DNA from: an uncultured Planctomycetaceae bacterium
GTDB taxonomy: Bacteria > Planctomycetota > Planctomycetia > Planctomycetales > Planctomycetaceae
Assembly: GCA_963815195.1 (NCBI GenBank)
Contig: CAWFGE010000007.1
Location: 288,001-352,000 of the forward strand
Reading direction: 5' to 3'
Length of the DNA stretch: 64,000 nucleotides
Positions 52,684-63,167 of this stretch are shown in pieces. The stretch's first letter is position 1; each line of letters starts with the position of its first letter. The translations under genes were made by a program, and so were the position numbers. The notes beneath the pieces were generated by a model that had not been told where the DNA came from, ran no database searches, and saw nothing but the letters and a program-made list of their open reading frames with translations.

Positions 52684-55600
52684 TCAGGGGACGTATTGAA
52701 AATGGCCTTTGTGGTCGCCCGCAATGCCTTTAAGAATTCCGCTGGCGTCCGGCACGCAGAATCCGATCGTATGGATGACGGTTTCGCTCCGGTTTTCCTG
52801 GCGGGCAATGTCTCGCGTCTCCGGGGGGATTTGGCCGTCGGTGAGGAAGAAGATCACTTCGGGCTTGAGAGACAGGGCAATTTTGAACGAGTCGAGCGGC
52901 AGCGTGCCTCCTCCCGGCGTGACCTCTTGGATCCAGGGGCGAATCACCCGCAGTCCGGTTCGCGAGCCGGGGAGCATTCCCCGGCGTCGGCGGGGAAACG
53001 GTTGTGGAAAGGTTTCATGGTTGTAAAAGATCACAAAGAACTTCTGGCGGGACGTGAGCTGCCCTAACGCGGAATGCAGTTCGGACCGCGCCCGTTGAAA
53101 TCGCGTGGTGTCGCCGGCGAATTCCGTCATGCTGCCGGAGCAATCCACAATAAACGCAAACGAATTTCCCATCCCTTTGAGGCCAAAAAAGTCCACCTCG
53201 ACATTCCGGGGCTGTTTCGGATCCTCAGGTTGTCGGGCTTCAGGCGGAAGCGAGATTTCCGCGTCGTCTTTGACGAGTTCCGGCTTCAGCGAGGCCAGCA
53301 GGTCGCGGGCTTTTTGCGCGGCGACGGTTTCGGGGAACCGCCGAATCACATCCAAAAGCCACTCCCGCCCTTCATCGATTTTCCCCGCCTGGACTAAGTC
53401 CCGCCCCAATTCAAAGAGCCGCTCGGCTTCCTTTTCCCGGTCCGCCGTCTCCGAGGAGTTTTCTTCGGACGATTCCTTCGCGTCGGGCTGCAATGCAATT
53501 TGCCCCAGCGACGTCGGTTGATTCGGAGAAATCCGAACGGTCGCCGGTTGCGGTTGAAATCCCCGGGCCGAGATTCTGAATTTGAACCTCCCGGGGGATC
53601 AACCCCCGCATCTGAAATCGTCCCAGCGAATCGGTGGTTGTCTCGATGCCCTGTTTTTCCAGATTCACCGTCGCATTGGCCACGCCTTGGCCCGAAGAAT
53701 CGACGATGCGGCCCGTCAATTCCGCGGCTCCCAAAAGAGCCACTTTCAGGGGAGCCTCATCGCCTTTCGCGAGGTTCCGCGTGATCACAGCCGGTTCGTA
53801 GCCGGGAAGTTCCGCTTCGAGCACCACCAGTCCGCTGGGGACATCCGCAAAGCGAAAGTGTCCGAGTTCGTCCGTGGTCGCCTGCCGGGATGTTCCGGTC
53901 AACTTGAGTTTCACGCCCGCGAGAGGAGAATCGTCATCGCTTTGGATCACCGTCCCGGAGATCAAGGTATCTCCTCGCAGGGGCAGCGAGATTTGGGTCT
54001 CCTCGCCGGACCGCGTTTCGGCGGCTTGCTCCGCGGGACGATAACCCGCCGCCGCGACGGTCAATTTTACAGGCCCCGCCACGACATCGTCGAACCGAAA
54101 CCGCCCTTCGGAATCGCTGTGTGTCTTTCGGGACGTGTCCGCGAGTTCGACCTCGGCTCCGGCAATCGGTGCCTGCGTCGCCGCGTCCTGAATTGTCCCG
54201 GACAAAATCGTGCCCCCTTTGAGCGAAACCTCGACGGTTTCCTCTTTCTCGGCCGAAAATGCGTGCTCCCGTTCGACAAGTTGATACCCCTTGCCCAGAA
54301 TTTGCACGCGGGAGGCGCGGGCGGGAATTCCGGTCAGTCGGAACCGGCCGTTCGCTTCGGTTTTCGCAATGAGATTCGTGTTGACGACCCGAATCTCCAC
54401 GCCTTCCAGCGGAGTGTTCTCCACGGCATCTTGGATTGTTCCGCTGAGCGAGGCATTCCCGACAAGGCCGAACGGCAGCGGAGCGGAATCCCCCTGCACG
54501 TGGATCGTGGTTTCCAGAGAACGAAATCCCGCGGCTTCCGTACGAATGGCGATGTCGCCCGGCGGGACCTTCGTCAATTCGTACTCCCCCAGTTCATTTG
54601 TTTTCACGGTTCGGCCGAATTGCGGCAAGCGAATAAGAGCACCGGCGATCGGCCGCCCGTCCGCTTGGGAACGCACGATGCCCATGCGAACCCCCGAACC
54701 ATGCAGGCCGACGCGAATCGGCGAGACTTCCGCTCCCGCCAACTGACGCCCCAAATGTTCCGGCAAATAGCCGGGGGCTTGGACCGCGATCGTCGTGTCG
54801 CCGCTGGGCAGACCGGCAATGTCGAATCGCCCGCCCGCGTCCGTTTGCTCCCGCAGCGAGGTTCCCTGGACATACACGGCCGCCCGCGGGATGGGCTCGA
54901 GCGTCAAGGCGTCAATGACGATGCCCGCCAAACGCCCGGCCCCCAACAAATGCCATTGCGACGGCCGCGGCGAATCGAGATTCGCGGCTTCAATTCGGCT
55001 TTGTTCTTGAAAACCGCCGGCCGACACAACGACCTCGGCCGATTCGCCGGGAACGTCCGCCAAATAAAACGCACCTTGCTGGTTGGTGAGCGTGCTGAGA
55101 TGAAAACCAGGCAACGACACGCGGGCCTGCGGGATCGGTTGACCCGTCAACTTGCCGAGGACCACCCCGCGCAATTCCCCCGCGCCCTTCAGACCGATCT
55201 TCACCGTGCGCTCGCCTGTCTGGGCCAGATCAAACGGCAGCGTCTCCGCACGAAATCCCGGCGCCGAAATCTCCAGCACGCCCGTTTCTGCAGAGAGATC
55301 GTTCAATCGAAAGCGGCCGCGCTGATCCGTGGCCGCGGTGATGTCGGTTCCCGCCAGGCGGACCTTCGCACCGGCAATCGGGCGGTTGGGGCCGACGGCG
55401 GAAAACACCGTTCCTTCCATAGGCACCGGTTCACGGTCCCGAGAAATCCAATAAGCTCCTCCGCCCGCCAGGCTCAATATGAGGACCAAGGCGGCCAGCA
55501 GCGCATTCAGCCGCCGTGATTTCCCAAGTTGGGCCTCACAGCGGGGACAGCGGGCTGTTTTGTGATCGAGTGCCGTAACCGTTCGGCAATCCTCCGCCGG

Positions 55601-56092
55601 GCAGACCGCCAGCTTCCCCGCACTCGATGTCGTCCGCTCGTACCCCCAACACCAGGCCAATCTCCACCGGCCCGACGCGTCGCGGTATTTGAAGAACACC
55701 CCCGCATCGGCCGCTTTTTGCGGATCGCCGGTGAGCCGCTTCAATCTGTCCAGGACCAAACGCTGGAATGTCCGCTCCATCCCATTCGAGGGGCGGGCGG
55801 TTTCCAGATTCTCCCGGAGCGCGGAGAACTCGGTCTTGAGAGCCGCTTCAACGTCCTCGGCCGAGACGGGCTGGACGCGGCGGGGCAGAACGTCCTGTCC
55901 CGACTCGTCCCGCAAAGAATACGCAACATTCGCCCCGTCCCAACGCGGTTCCGCGAACCAGGGCCCGATCCATTTCCGCAGAATGGAAATCCAGGCGAGA
56001 TTTCCGTCAGTCAGCCCCATGCCCACGGGCATCGAGATGCGTTGAAAGCACGATAACGAACCGGAGACGGGAATTTGAACGAGCGGCTTCAT
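52684..56092 (-). CDS. Membrane-anchored protein: SrfA-like N-domain, zinc ribbon, TM, 8 carboxypeptidase-regulatory-like repeats, TPR-like hairpin, VWA; frameshift near 53575
   Basis: Eight ~80-aa G.V.D....PI.GA.V...TD..G.F repeats. Removing one A fuses the 893-aa and 269-aa ORFs (QISARGFQPQ...LQPDAKES). VWA MIDAS DCSGS and FLTDG. Confidence 0.8.
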
Positions 56093-56256
56093 CCGTCGGG
56101 ATCCTGCGGCAGAGAGAATTCAGTTCACGATCGATCACTGTTCATCTCCCCGACACCTTACCGGCAATCGCTCGGAAAATCGACTAAATTCTCAAATAAC
56201 GGTGAAGTGGGTTGGCTTTTCCGTCCACGACCGACGTGCGGTTCGAGTTGGAACCA

Positions 56257-57903
56257 CTAGATCTCGGTGGGATCCAGCCGCGAGAAGGTGCGCACGGAAA
56301 GCCAGACGCCCGCCGCGGCGGCCAGGGTCGCAAAACCTGCGATGCCCGCCCCGAAGATCAACCGAAATTGCTCGGCGTGCCCGATGGCGTGACAGAACCA
56401 CTGGGCCGTCCGCAGCCAGCCCATCAGCCCGAACAACGCGGCCGTCAGCAACATGCCTTTGCCGGTGAATGTCAGTGTGGTTCGCAGAAAAACCTCGACC
56501 CCCTCCTGGTGCAGCCGATGCGGATAGCAGAGAAAGATCAGATTGTCGAGCGCGCTCACAAAGAAATTCATCGGCAACAAAAACACGATCGCGGCGGCGG
56601 CCGATTCCCAGGGCACCGAGCACACCGCGGCCGCGATTGTCAATAACGTGATCTGAAACGCCCACGTCAGCCCGATGGGAGCCGCCAACTGTCCAAGCAC
56701 CACCGAGAGCGGCCCCAGCGGCAGGCTCTTTAACAGGCCCAGATGATCGAAATCGCGGCGGAAGTCGAGCTTCAAAGCCGCCGGCAACAGCACATACGAA
56801 TAAAACACCACACTGACCAACACGGTCAAAAACGTGGTCATCCCGTCGCCCGCCGCCAACAGCGGCAGACACGACAACAGGGCCGGAAATCCGAGCCCTA
56901 AGCTCAAGGTGGTCCAATGCCTCTTGGCGAAATTCAGTTGCCGCCACGCCACGGTCCCCGCGCCGCCCCAGCGAAAAATCCGCGGCCAACTTGGCGATGC
57001 CGTTTTGGTCTGCGGGATGCGTTCCCGATCGGTGTGGGCCAATTCCTTGTCTTGAGACCGCCGGTAAAACACGCCGTCCAACCGGACCGCCGCGTGGGCC
57101 GTCGCCGCCACCACGAACATCGCCCCGCCCAAATCCGCGAGGAAGCCCGCCGAAAGTTCCCCGGCCGTGATGACGTGCGCTATGAGCCGAAACGGGGCTT
57201 CGATCAACTGCCCGAAGGAGGAGTTGTTAACGGCTCCCAAAGCCGCCGCCCACTCCCGCAGGAACGGCCAATGGTTGCCGGGCCTCAGCTCCACCCGCGA
57301 AACTGCCTCGCCCAATCCATAACCGGCGAGCGCCGCCAAGGCCCCGAACACGCCCGCGCGGAATAACAGGTATTGCCTTTCGCTCATCGCGCAGGCCAGG
57401 GTTTCCAAAATCAGCCGGACGTATTCGAGAAACACGAGCCCCAACAGCAGTCCGAAAAACCCGCTCCACACCATCGGCAGATCGGGATAAAGCACGAACG
57501 CAACCAAGAGAGTTTTAGGAAGCGTTGCGGAGAAAATGCCCATCAACCGATAGGTCAGCAATTCCCGCCGGGAAAACGGGCCGCCGCAAAGCAGGGTCTC
57601 TTCCGCGGCGGACCATTCCAAGGCAGCCTCCGGCCGGGAATAGGCCACGCGAATCAAATGCCAAAAGAAATAAAGCAGCAAGCTTCGCGACATCCAGCGG
57701 CCGAAGGTCGCCGGGTCGTAAGCGTCCCGCAAGAGCACGCTCGCCACCGCATTCCCCAACCAGACGACGGTCAGAAGCACCGCGATCAAAGACAAGACCT
57801 GCCGGCGAGGTGAAGAAAAACTCGCGCGAAGTTTGCGGACCTTTCCCAACGCTTCAAATCGGAACAACTGCCAAAGCGCAGGATGGATGGCTAACGATTG
57901 CAT
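56257..57903 (-). CDS. Putative ABC exporter permease
   Basis: About 12 TM segments; GPFSRRELLTYRL and LLKSLPL motifs; directly downstream of an ABC ATPase. Confidence 0.8.
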   Translation of the reverse strand: MQSLAIHPALWQLFRFEALGKVRKLRASFSSPRRQVLSLIAVLLTVVWLGNAVASVLLRDAYDPATFGRWMSRSLLLYFFWHLIRVAYSRPEAALEWSAAEETLLCGGPFSRRELLTYRLMGIFSATLPKTLLVAFVLYPDLPMVWSGFFGLLLGLVFLEYVRLILETLACAMSERQYLLFRAGVFGALAALAGYGLGEAVSRVELRPGNHWPFLREWAAALGAVNNSSFGQLIEAPFRLIAHVITAGELSAGFLADLGGAMFVVAATAHAAVRLDGVFYRRSQDKELAHTDRERIPQTKTASPSWPRIFRWGGAGTVAWRQLNFAKRHWTTLSLGLGFPALLSCLPLLAAGDGMTTFLTVLVSVVFYSYVLLPAALKLDFRRDFDHLGLLKSLPLGPLSVVLGQLAAPIGLTWAFQITLLTIAAAVCSVPWESAAAAIVFLLPMNFFVSALDNLIFLCYPHRLHQEGVEVFLRTTLTFTGKGMLLTAALFGLMGWLRTAQWFCHAIGHAEQFRLIFGAGIAGFATLAAAAGVWLSVRTFSRLDPTEI

Positions 57904-58012
57904 GTGTGTTGTCGATCGTCAGGAACAAGAGGAGACCTTGAAGAGCCGCGCACGCAGTAAGCGGAATCTCACAATCCGCTTACTGCGTGCGCGGCTCTTT
58001 TTGTATTTGAAA

Positions 58013-58852
58013 TTACGGCACGGCGAAGACGTCGGCTTCGATCGTGTCTGCTTGCGTGGCGAGGAAGAAGATTTTCTCAAGCGTGGCGTTTTGCTCTTCG
58101 CGGAGGTATTGCTTCTTGAGGTCGCCCAACGTGCCGAAGAACTTCTGCTTGCCCGTGTCCAAGATCAAAATGTGCGTGCAGATGTCTTCAACCATCGCGA
58201 GCAAATGGGAGCTGACGAGAATCGCGGCCCCCTGCTCGGCTCGTTCGCAGATGGAGGCTTTCAGCCGGCGAATCCCGCGCGGGTCGAGCCCGGTTAAGGG
58301 TTCATCGAACAAGAGCGCGGCGGGGTCGTGAAGATAGGCGCAGCAGATGGCAAGCTTCTGCCGCATCCCGCGGGACAAGTCCCGGGCCCGGGACTGGCGT
58401 TTGCCCGAGAGCTCGAACTCCTCCAACAGCTCGGCGGATTTTTCCCGGGCGTTTTCGACGCCGAACGCCGACGCGATGAACGCGAGATGCTCGTCTGCGG
58501 TGAGGTCGGGAAACAGTTGCGGGTCGTCCGGCAGATACGCCAGCGACCGCTTCACGCCGACGGGATCGAGGGCCACATCATGTCCGCGAACCGTCAGTCG
58601 CCCGCCGCTGGGTGCAATGATGGCCGCGAGCGACCGCATCGTCGTCGTTTTGCCGGCCCCGTTGGGACCGACGAGGCCCAGAATCTCCCCCGGCCTGACG
58701 GCGAAGCTCAACTCCGACACGGCCACGGTCGAGCCATAAGACTTGGAGAAGCCTTCGACCGCGATCACCGGAGGGTGGGGATTTTCCGGGCGGTTCGATT
58801 TTTTCGATGGCAGCGGCATAACTGGGGAATCCGGCAGAAACGGCAACATCAA
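58013..58852 (-). CDS. ABC transporter ATP-binding protein (start may be 58819)
   Basis: [23 protein letters not shown] and SSH. Confidence 0.95.
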   Translation of the reverse strand: MMLPFLPDSPVMPLPSKKSNRPENPHPPVIAVEGFSKSYGSTVAVSELSFAVRPGEILGLVGPNGAGKTTTMRSLAAIIAPSGGRLTVRGHDVALDPVGVKRSLAYLPDDPQLFPDLTADEHLAFIASAFGVENAREKSAELLEEFELSGKRQSRARDLSRGMRQKLAICCAYLHDPAALLFDEPLTGLDPRGIRRLKASICERAEQGAAILVSSHLLAMVEDICTHILILDTGKQKFFGTLGDLKKQYLREEQNATLEKIFFLATQADTIEADVFAVP

Positions 58853-59039
58853 ACGGCCGGAACATCAACCCGGCCCGATTGTTTCCCCAAACATAGCTCA
58901 CCGATCTGTTCAGACGATGAAAAAAGCCGCCCAAGAGCATCAGCCGCAGGGCGCTAGTGTCGCGTCAATCTTGGTTTGACGCGTGCCATTGGCTCCGCCA
59001 GTGCGAGATCGAGTTTACCGTTCCTTTCAAGCACTGGCA

Positions 59040-59459
59040 TCACGAGACCGATGCAGGAAACAGGGCGGCCCACAGGGGCGGGCCCAGGATCAATAAGCCC
59101 ACGGCGATCGCCGTCAGCGACAACACCAGCACCGTGCCCGCCGCGACGTCTTTGGCGACTTTGGCGAGTTCGTGGTATTCCGGCGAGGCCAAATCCACCA
59201 CGGCTTCGACGACGGTGTTGATCAGCTCGCCCGTCAACACCGCTCCAATCGTCAAGGCGATCACGGCCCAATCCCGGAGCGGCAGTCCCAAATAAATCCC
59301 GAGCGCCACCACGACCACGCCCATGCCGATGTGAATCCGCAGATTCCGCTGGGTTCGCACCGCGTGTTTGAGCCCCTCGAAGGCGTATCCAAAACTTTTC
59401 CAAAGCGACGACGCCCGCACCGAAGTCTCCACCGAAAAGGCCCAAGAACGATTTCCCAC
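59040..59459 (-). CDS. dgkA: Diacylglycerol/undecaprenol kinase family (start uncertain)
   Basis: SFGYAFEG, QRNLRIH, ELINTVVEAVVDL and AKVAKDVAAG. Confidence 0.88.
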   Translation of the reverse strand: MGNRSWAFSVETSVRASSLWKSFGYAFEGLKHAVRTQRNLRIHIGMGVVVVALGIYLGLPLRDWAVIALTIGAVLTGELINTVVEAVVDLASPEYHELAKVAKDVAAGTVLVLSLTAIAVGLLILGPPLWAALFPASVS

Positions 59460-59514
59460 GCCTTTATTGTGAGTTCCGGCAGAGGGCTGCGTCAAACCGT
59501 GATTTGCGGGAATG

Positions 59515-59542
59515 TGGACAAATAAAGACAGTTGCTTAGAAT
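59515..59542 (+). promoter_or_regulatory. Sigma70-like (extended -10) promoter
   Basis: TGGACA-16 bp-TAGAAT with TG one base upstream of the -10. Confidence 0.45.
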
Positions 59543-59601
59543 GGGTGTCTGTCGCGAGAACCCGTTTTGAACCCATCCCTCAACCATCGGGCAGATTGTT
59601 C

Positions 59602-59889
59602 ATGGCGAAGAAAAAAGCCGCCCGGAAGTCCGCATTCGCACCTGGGCAATCGGTCCGCATCAAGGAGGGCGTCACGGCTCCCGAGTTTCCCGACGTCTCC
59701 TGTGCCGGCTGGACCGGCGTGGTCGTCGAGTTGATCGGAAAAAAAGCCGATCCGCAGTTCGTCGTGGAATGGGACGAAGCCACGTTAAGCCGGCTGCCCC
59801 CGTCCTACAAAGACCAGTGCGAGGAACGGAATCTGACCTATTCTTTCTCGTGCTTCTCGGCCGCGGACATGGAGCCGGCGGAGACCTGA
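59602..59889 (+). CDS. Small hypothetical protein, possible SH3/KOW-like barrel
   Basis: F.PGQSVRIK.G..AGWTG.V.E...VEWD..TL pattern. Confidence 0.75.
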   Translation: MAKKKAARKSAFAPGQSVRIKEGVTAPEFPDVSCAGWTGVVVELIGKKADPQFVVEWDEATLSRLPPSYKDQCEERNLTYSFSCFSAADMEPAET

Positions 59890-59930
59890 TGCCCCCCGCC
59901 CGAGATTTTCGTGCGCGATTCCGCGCGGGA

Positions 59931-60070
59931 AAATCCGAAATCCGAATCGCCGAAACTCAGTGTTCAAACGCGGGAAAACCGAATGGGCTTTACGAGTTGA
60001 GGGATTTGTTTGGGACATTCGGATTTGGGATTGTTGATTTGTTTCGGATTTCGATTTCGTGCTTCGGATT
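59931..60070. repeat. AAATCCGAA/TTCGGATTT low-complexity inverted repeat
   Basis: AAATCCGAAATCCGAA at the left; several TTCGGATTT at the right. Confidence 0.65.
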
Positions 60071-60195
60071 TCCACCAGAAAACGTGCAGAATTGCCCACG
60101 CGGATTTAGAATTCGTGGTTGCTTTCGACGGCACGAAAGCGGAGAATCGAAAGGAGTTTGCCGCAAGTCCGCCGACTTTCTTTTGAGATGGTGTC

Positions 60196-61977
60196 ATGTC
60201 AGGCGAATTGTCCACTGAATGGTCTTTCTCGGGCGTGTTGGTCCGGTTGTACGCGGCGTGCTGCGAAACCGCAGAGTCCCTCCCCGACCTGGCGTTCTTT
60301 CTTGAGCAGCACGAGCACATCGACCGCCGGCAGCATGCGGACGTACTCCTGCTCGACCAGTTCTACCGCTGGAAACGCGGTGCCCGCCGGCCCGTCGAAT
60401 GGTACCTGGAGCGGTTTGCGGGATTGGATTCTCCCAACGACTGGCGGCTGGAACTGATGCTGGAAGAGTTCGGCTACCGTGAAGACGCCGGCGAACACCC
60501 GACCGCCCTAGAATACCAACACCGCTTTCCCGATTACGCGGAGCCGCTCGGACGGTCTCTGCCGTACCGCGAGGAGCATCAGCGGTTCGCCAAGTGCGCG
60601 GGGCTGTTGGCGGCGCCGTTTCACGCGGAGTCTTTGGCGACGACGCGGTTCATGAATTCCACCCTGGGCCCCACCGAGTATCGACCGAGGACCGAGTGGG
60701 ATCCCAGCGCCAACTGCGAAGTGGAAACCTCGCTCGCCGAGGATTCGCCCTTCGACGAACTGCCGGCCGACGTGATGGACGCCATTGAATCCCGCATGCA
60801 CCCCGAACGGTTCGCCGAGGGCGAATACCTGATGCGGCAAGGCGAACCGGGCACATCGCTGATGGTGCTCTTGGAAGGCCAGGTGGAGGTCACGGTCGAT
60901 AATCCGGACGGGACGCGGCGTCTGATCACGCGGACAGACGCCTGCCAGGTCTTCGGGGAGATGTCGCTTCTGGCCGAGGAACCGCGCACGGCGAACGTTG
61001 TCGCCCTCGCGCCTGTGGTGGCCAGCGTCTTGCCGGTGGAATCCTTTTACGAACTCGTCAGCCAGAGTCCCTCGATCAGCGTCGTGTTGACCAGGCTGAT
61101 TTCCCAGCGCTTGGGCCGTTCGGGCCGGACGGACGTCCTCGCCGGCCGAACGTTGGGCGGGTACGAGATCGTGGGCCGTTTGGGGCGGGGCGGAATGGCC
61201 GTCGTTTACGAAGCCTTCGACCCCGTCCACAAGCGGCAAGTCGCGTTAAAGATGATGAGCCATCGCCTGGTCTATGATCAGGAAGCCCTCGATCAATTCC
61301 AATGGGAAGCGGACATCATCGAGTCCTTCGAGCACCGGAACATCACGCGGATGTACGGCCGATTTAAGGCGTTTCACACGTTTTTTACGGTGATGCAGTT
61401 CTGCGACGGCATGACGCTCAGGGACCTCATTCAACAAAACGGCCGGCTTCCCGAAGCGGCCGCACGGAGCATCCTCGGGCAACTCGCGTCGGCGCTCCGC
61501 TATGCCCATTCCAAAGGCGTGATCCACCGCGACATCAAACCCGCCAACGTGATGGTCAACCGCGACGGCATGGTGATGCTGATGGACTTCGGCCTCGCCA
61601 AGCCCGCGGACGATTCGCAATCGTCGCTGGTCAATCTCATCGTGGGCACTCCGCGGTATATGCCCCCCGAGCAAATGGTCGGCGGGCAGGTCGGTCAGGC
61701 CTCGGACTATTTCGCCATCGGCTGCGTGATTTATGAGATGCTCGCCGGCGAACCGCTCATTCCCGAAACGGATTGGCTGAACCTGCTCCGGCATCATGCG
61801 GCGTGGCGTCTGCCCGATTTCGAGCAAATCCTCCCGGGGCTGGATTCGTCCATATACAACATCCTCCGCGGATGTTTGCAATCCGATCCGGAACGCCGCC
61901 GACTGCCTTTGGACGAATTGTCCGCATGGGCCGAGTCCATCGACGTCAAAACCCTCCGCGGCTTCGAATCGGCCTGA
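60196..61977 (+). CDS. Ser/Thr protein kinase with a cyclic-nucleotide-binding domain
   Basis: cNMP: LMRQGEPG, FGEMSLL..EPRTANV; kinase: GRGGMAVVY, VALK, HRDIKPAN, DFG and GTPRYMPPE. Confidence 0.93.
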   Translation: MSGELSTEWSFSGVLVRLYAACCETAESLPDLAFFLEQHEHIDRRQHADVLLLDQFYRWKRGARRPVEWYLERFAGLDSPNDWRLELMLEEFGYREDAGEHPTALEYQHRFPDYAEPLGRSLPYREEHQRFAKCAGLLAAPFHAESLATTRFMNSTLGPTEYRPRTEWDPSANCEVETSLAEDSPFDELPADVMDAIESRMHPERFAEGEYLMRQGEPGTSLMVLLEGQVEVTVDNPDGTRRLITRTDACQVFGEMSLLAEEPRTANVVALAPVVASVLPVESFYELVSQSPSISVVLTRLISQRLGRSGRTDVLAGRTLGGYEIVGRLGRGGMAVVYEAFDPVHKRQVALKMMSHRLVYDQEALDQFQWEADIIESFEHRNITRMYGRFKAFHTFFTVMQFCDGMTLRDLIQQNGRLPEAAARSILGQLASALRYAHSKGVIHRDIKPANVMVNRDGMVMLMDFGLAKPADDSQSSLVNLIVGTPRYMPPEQMVGGQVGQASDYFAIGCVIYEMLAGEPLIPETDWLNLLRHHAAWRLPDFEQILPGLDSSIYNILRGCLQSDPERRRLPLDELSAWAESIDVKTLRGFESA

Positions 61978-62020
61978 GAACCTTTGCAAAGTGAGCGGCA
62001 CGGCGGTAGCCGCCGGCTTC

Positions 62021-63088
62021 TCACCACGGCACGCTGAGGCCCAGACCCTCAACCAGCGACTTGAGCATTTCGGCGTCTTGCCGATGAATCGAAACGCCCG
62101 CCGTTTCCGCCCGCTGAAGGTGTTCCCATTGGCGCTCGCCCGGCAACCGCACGCGCTCAAAACCCGGTGCCGGCGCGAGCGCATGCAAAGCATCCACCGC
62201 TTCCCGGATGCGGGCTTCGAACCGGTCGCGTTCGACGAACTTGTCGGGATCGATCACGTAGAAGAAATGCTGCGAGCCCTCGGCCATCGCTTCGCGTTTG
62301 CGGGCGATCGGCAATCGGCCGCCTTCCAAGGCCCCCGCCAGAATGCCGGACACGAGCCCCAATCCAAACCCGCGCGGCCCCGCGGCCGGAAGCAGAGTCT
62401 TCGCGGCCCCGGGATCGGTCGTGGGTTCGCCGGCTTTGTCGAGCGCCCAATCGGGAGGAATCGGCAATCCATATTGCGCCAGCGAATTGATTTTTCCCCA
62501 CGACGCTTGGGCGCACGCCATGTCCAAAATGATCGGAGCGCCGCCGGGCACCGGGATGCCCCAGGCCAGGGCATGATTGGACGTGGCCCGCGCGGTGGTT
62601 CCATATCCCGCGACCGAAGCCCGGCCCGTGCTCGTGGTGCAATAGCCGATCATGCCTTCGTTCACCGCGAGTTGGACATAAACGCCCGCCGCCCCCAGGT
62701 GATGGCTGTTCTTCACCGTGACCGTGCCCGTGCCGACCGCGCGGGCCTTGTCGATGGCGAGATTCATCGCCTTCGTGGCGGCGATTTGCCCCAAGGCCCG
62801 GCTGCCGTCGAGCGCCGCCAGCGCCACGGTCTCGATAAGCGTGAGCACCTCTCCGCGGGGATCGATGTGGCCTTGATCGAAACCCTCCGAATACCACTTC
62901 ATCATTCGGCAGCCGTGGGAAGGGAACCCCCGCAGGTCGGCTTCGACAATCCGCGCCGCCGCGATCTCGGCATCCGCGGCGAACACGCTTTTTTTGACGA
63001 ACAACGCCGTGAGCAAGGCTTCCAAGTCGCCGCGGCGCACTTGGATTTCTTGGGCGGGATCTTGAGGGTATTCCACCGGTTCCGGCAT
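62021..63088 (-). CDS. Ldh_2 family (type 2 malate/L-lactate dehydrogenase-like) oxidoreductase
   Basis: EADLRGFPSHG, DGSRALG, SHHLGAAG, LDMA, WALDKAGEPTTDP and VRLPGE. Confidence 0.92.
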   Translation of the reverse strand: MPEPVEYPQDPAQEIQVRRGDLEALLTALFVKKSVFAADAEIAAARIVEADLRGFPSHGCRMMKWYSEGFDQGHIDPRGEVLTLIETVALAALDGSRALGQIAATKAMNLAIDKARAVGTGTVTVKNSHHLGAAGVYVQLAVNEGMIGYCTTSTGRASVAGYGTTARATSNHALAWGIPVPGGAPIILDMACAQASWGKINSLAQYGLPIPPDWALDKAGEPTTDPGAAKTLLPAAGPRGFGLGLVSGILAGALEGGRLPIARKREAMAEGSQHFFYVIDPDKFVERDRFEARIREAVDALHALAPAPGFERVRLPGERQWEHLQRAETAGVSIHRQDAEMLKSLVEGLGLSVPW

Positions 63089-63137
63089 CGCGTTCCCGCC
63101 TTTCCTGTCATGGATTCAGCGAAGCAATTTTCGCGGG

Positions 63138-63167
63138 CTACTTCTCTATCCGAAACGGCGAAGCCGG
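63138..63167 (-). repeat. 30-bp duplicate of the sialate esterase 3' end (PASPFRIEK*)
   Basis: 28/30 identical to 63338-63367, exactly 200 bp away. Confidence 0.85.
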
